DNA of 61,916 nucleotides, counting the filler, from Globobulimina sp. (taxonomy: Eukaryota), in NCBI GenBank assembly GCA_003354225.1. It is 21 parts of 21 records of this genome, joined end to end, with 100 filler letters (N's around TTAATTAATTAA, not from the genome) between each part and the next. Parts side by side here need not be neighbours in the genome. Positions count along the whole stretch, not along the records: positions 59,067 to 61,916 come from PIVH01004627.1; 20 more parts are not named here. One strand, 5' to 3'. The translations under genes and the position numbers were made by a program. This document shows, in pieces, positions 60,394 to 61,916 of this stretch. Positions within the stretch are counted from its first letter, which is position 1. Each line of letters starts with the position of its first letter. Below the pieces are notes generated by a model. The model saw only the letters and a program-made list of their open reading frames with translations, was not told the origin of the DNA and searched no databases.

Positions 60394-61050
60394 ATGCCGC
60401 TCCAAAAAACATACTTATCGATAGCACACAAGAGTACATTTGGTATCATTACCTCCAATCTCTCGAATATTGTGTATGATCCATCTGGAAAATTCGCGTT
60501 TGCAGCAGCATTGCATGAAATTCATATTTGGAGTTTGCCAGACAAAAATAAAATAGCAACATTAACACAAGCAGCAAATGACAGTTCGAATGATACTGGG
60601 CCTGCACCCTCGGTCATCACTGCATTATTATTGTTAGCAACAAACAATCAAATAATCGCAGGGCATCATGATGGAAGCATTAAAGTCTGGGATTACAAAT
60701 TAGAAAAATTATTAGTCACATTCAATGGACACAGCTCGCGAGTCACGTGTTTGTCATTTAATTATGATGCCACTAAGATGGCTTCGGGTGGCTTTGACAC
60801 TGATATCATTGTTTGGGATATGATTGCTCAGCGTGGCTTATTTAGATTACGTGGACACATTAAACCAGTCACAAAAATACAATTCGTTCAAATTAACCAG
60901 TTATTATTCAACAACAATGAAAATAAGAAAAACGTTAAGTACACCTTTAACGATCAAGATAACGAAATGTTGATTTCTTCTTCGCGCGATACCTCACTCA
61001 AATTATGGGAGCTAGACACACAACATTGCGTACAGACTATAGTCGGACAT
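60394..61050 (+). CDS. DIP2: WD40 protein DIP2/UTP12 (WDR3), N-terminal part
   Basis: MPLQKTYL, FGIITS, AG..DGSIKVW, FNGH, ASGG.DTDIIVWD...GLFRLRGH and WELDTQHCVQT. Homology ends abruptly near 61050. Confidence 0.85.
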
Positions 61051-61916
61051 AAGTTTAGTATTATTTCTGTTTCCCATAATAATTCACATTCCATGGCATT
61101 CACACATTTGCCCACTTTATTAGCTGCTGTAGCAAATTTATTTTGTTTGATTTATTTATATTTAACACCATTGCGCCTTTAAAGCTGAAGGATCGATTTC
61201 CACATAAAAATGTAAATTGGTCGTCCTAAGGCAGCATAAACTAAACAGTGAGGCCCATCTTTTTGCTTAATTTTGTAAAGTATTGAGCAGAATCCTCTTG
61301 CTAGCTTCACACATTAAACTCACAATTTATTGTGGTGAACAATCAACTCCAAAAGTTTAAATCCGATCACCAAAATTAAAATTAGCTCAATAGTTGTGAC
61401 TGCAGTGAGTTGTGTCTGGCACTGTCTGCAGTGACAGAAATGAAATACTATGGTCATTTGATATCAGCAAAGTTGTTTCTGGAGGCATGGATTTCTGGAA
61501 AATTTATTGAACCACGTTATCGATGATGAAGTGGTGGTCGGATTTCAACTTTTGTAGTTGATCGCTCTGACGCCAAAAAAATGTTCTTTTAATAGCATCT
61601 CTTATGCATTCTCCAATTCAAATATTCTCTGATTGCATAAATATTTATTAATAAATATGATCGATAGAAATTATGCGAATGGCCAAAGTAATAAATTACA
61701 TATTTATCCATTTGATTATGATGCGGTAATCGTGATATTTTTGCAGTTAATTTCTTATCAATCTCTGCATTGTATTTATTGTTATTCTTCATAGCTTTTA
61801 AAGCATTTATTTGTTTATTGCTAATAAGATCTGTTAGATTAAAACCAGCTTAAATGAATGATTTTGTCCTTGACTTGCATTAAAAGCTCCGACAACAAAT
61901 AAATAAGGGCAGAAAC

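Noticed and set aside
1-61916. Alternative genetic code (ciliate-like stop reassignment)
   Set aside because: TAA (pdxH, RPF2), TAG (AKR, TLDc) and TGA (VPS53) all terminate proteins at plausible ends. ORF breaks are explained by introns or indels.
61060-61916. Possible decayed coding sequence after the DIP2 breakpoint
   Set aside because: Frequent stops and no motif I can support.

Overview
This window is not a continuous locus. It is a concatenation of 21 short contigs sorted by decreasing length (2856 down to 2850 bp), each separated by an artificial 100-nt linker (44 N + TTAATTAATTAA + 44 N), so adjacency across linkers means nothing. Most contigs come from an AT-rich eukaryote that uses the standard code and has short GT-AG introns (mostly about 57-105 nt). 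The gene content and protein motifs suggest a foraminiferan or other rhizarian protist, which is an inference. Recognisable genes include an AAAP amino-acid transporter, a GMC oxidoreductase, kinesin, an aldo-keto reductase, VPS53, RPF2, DIP2/UTP12, diacylglycerol kinase, pyridoxamine-phosphate oxidase, a sulfotransferase, an R2K/Cdc123 ATP-grasp protein, CYP450, PPR, BAR, TLDc, CAP-Gly and WH2/VCA proteins, a multi-repeat cyclic-nucleotide-gated K+ channel, a Ras-like GTPase and several orphan 7TM proteins. Bacterial DNA is also present: a complete IS element with perfect 21-bp inverted repeats, and short amidohydrolase, IcmF/methylmalonyl-CoA mutase and SecF fragments fused directly to eukaryotic genes, which points to amplification or ligation chimeras. 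The most interesting observations are: (1) an intron-containing gene encoding a ZZ-finger + RelA/SpoT-type nucleotidyltransferase + SAM domain, a candidate eukaryotic alarmone or second-messenger synthetase; (2) a divergent class II (CCA/poly(A)-polymerase-like) nucleotidyltransferase with altered specificity motifs; (3) an in-frame 7TM receptor-Ser/Thr kinase fusion; (4) a circular 2734-bp contig; (5) recurrent intergenic spacers of only 47-113 bp; (6) a possible tyrosine-recombinase element. All family assignments come from motifs recognised by eye, with no database searches.
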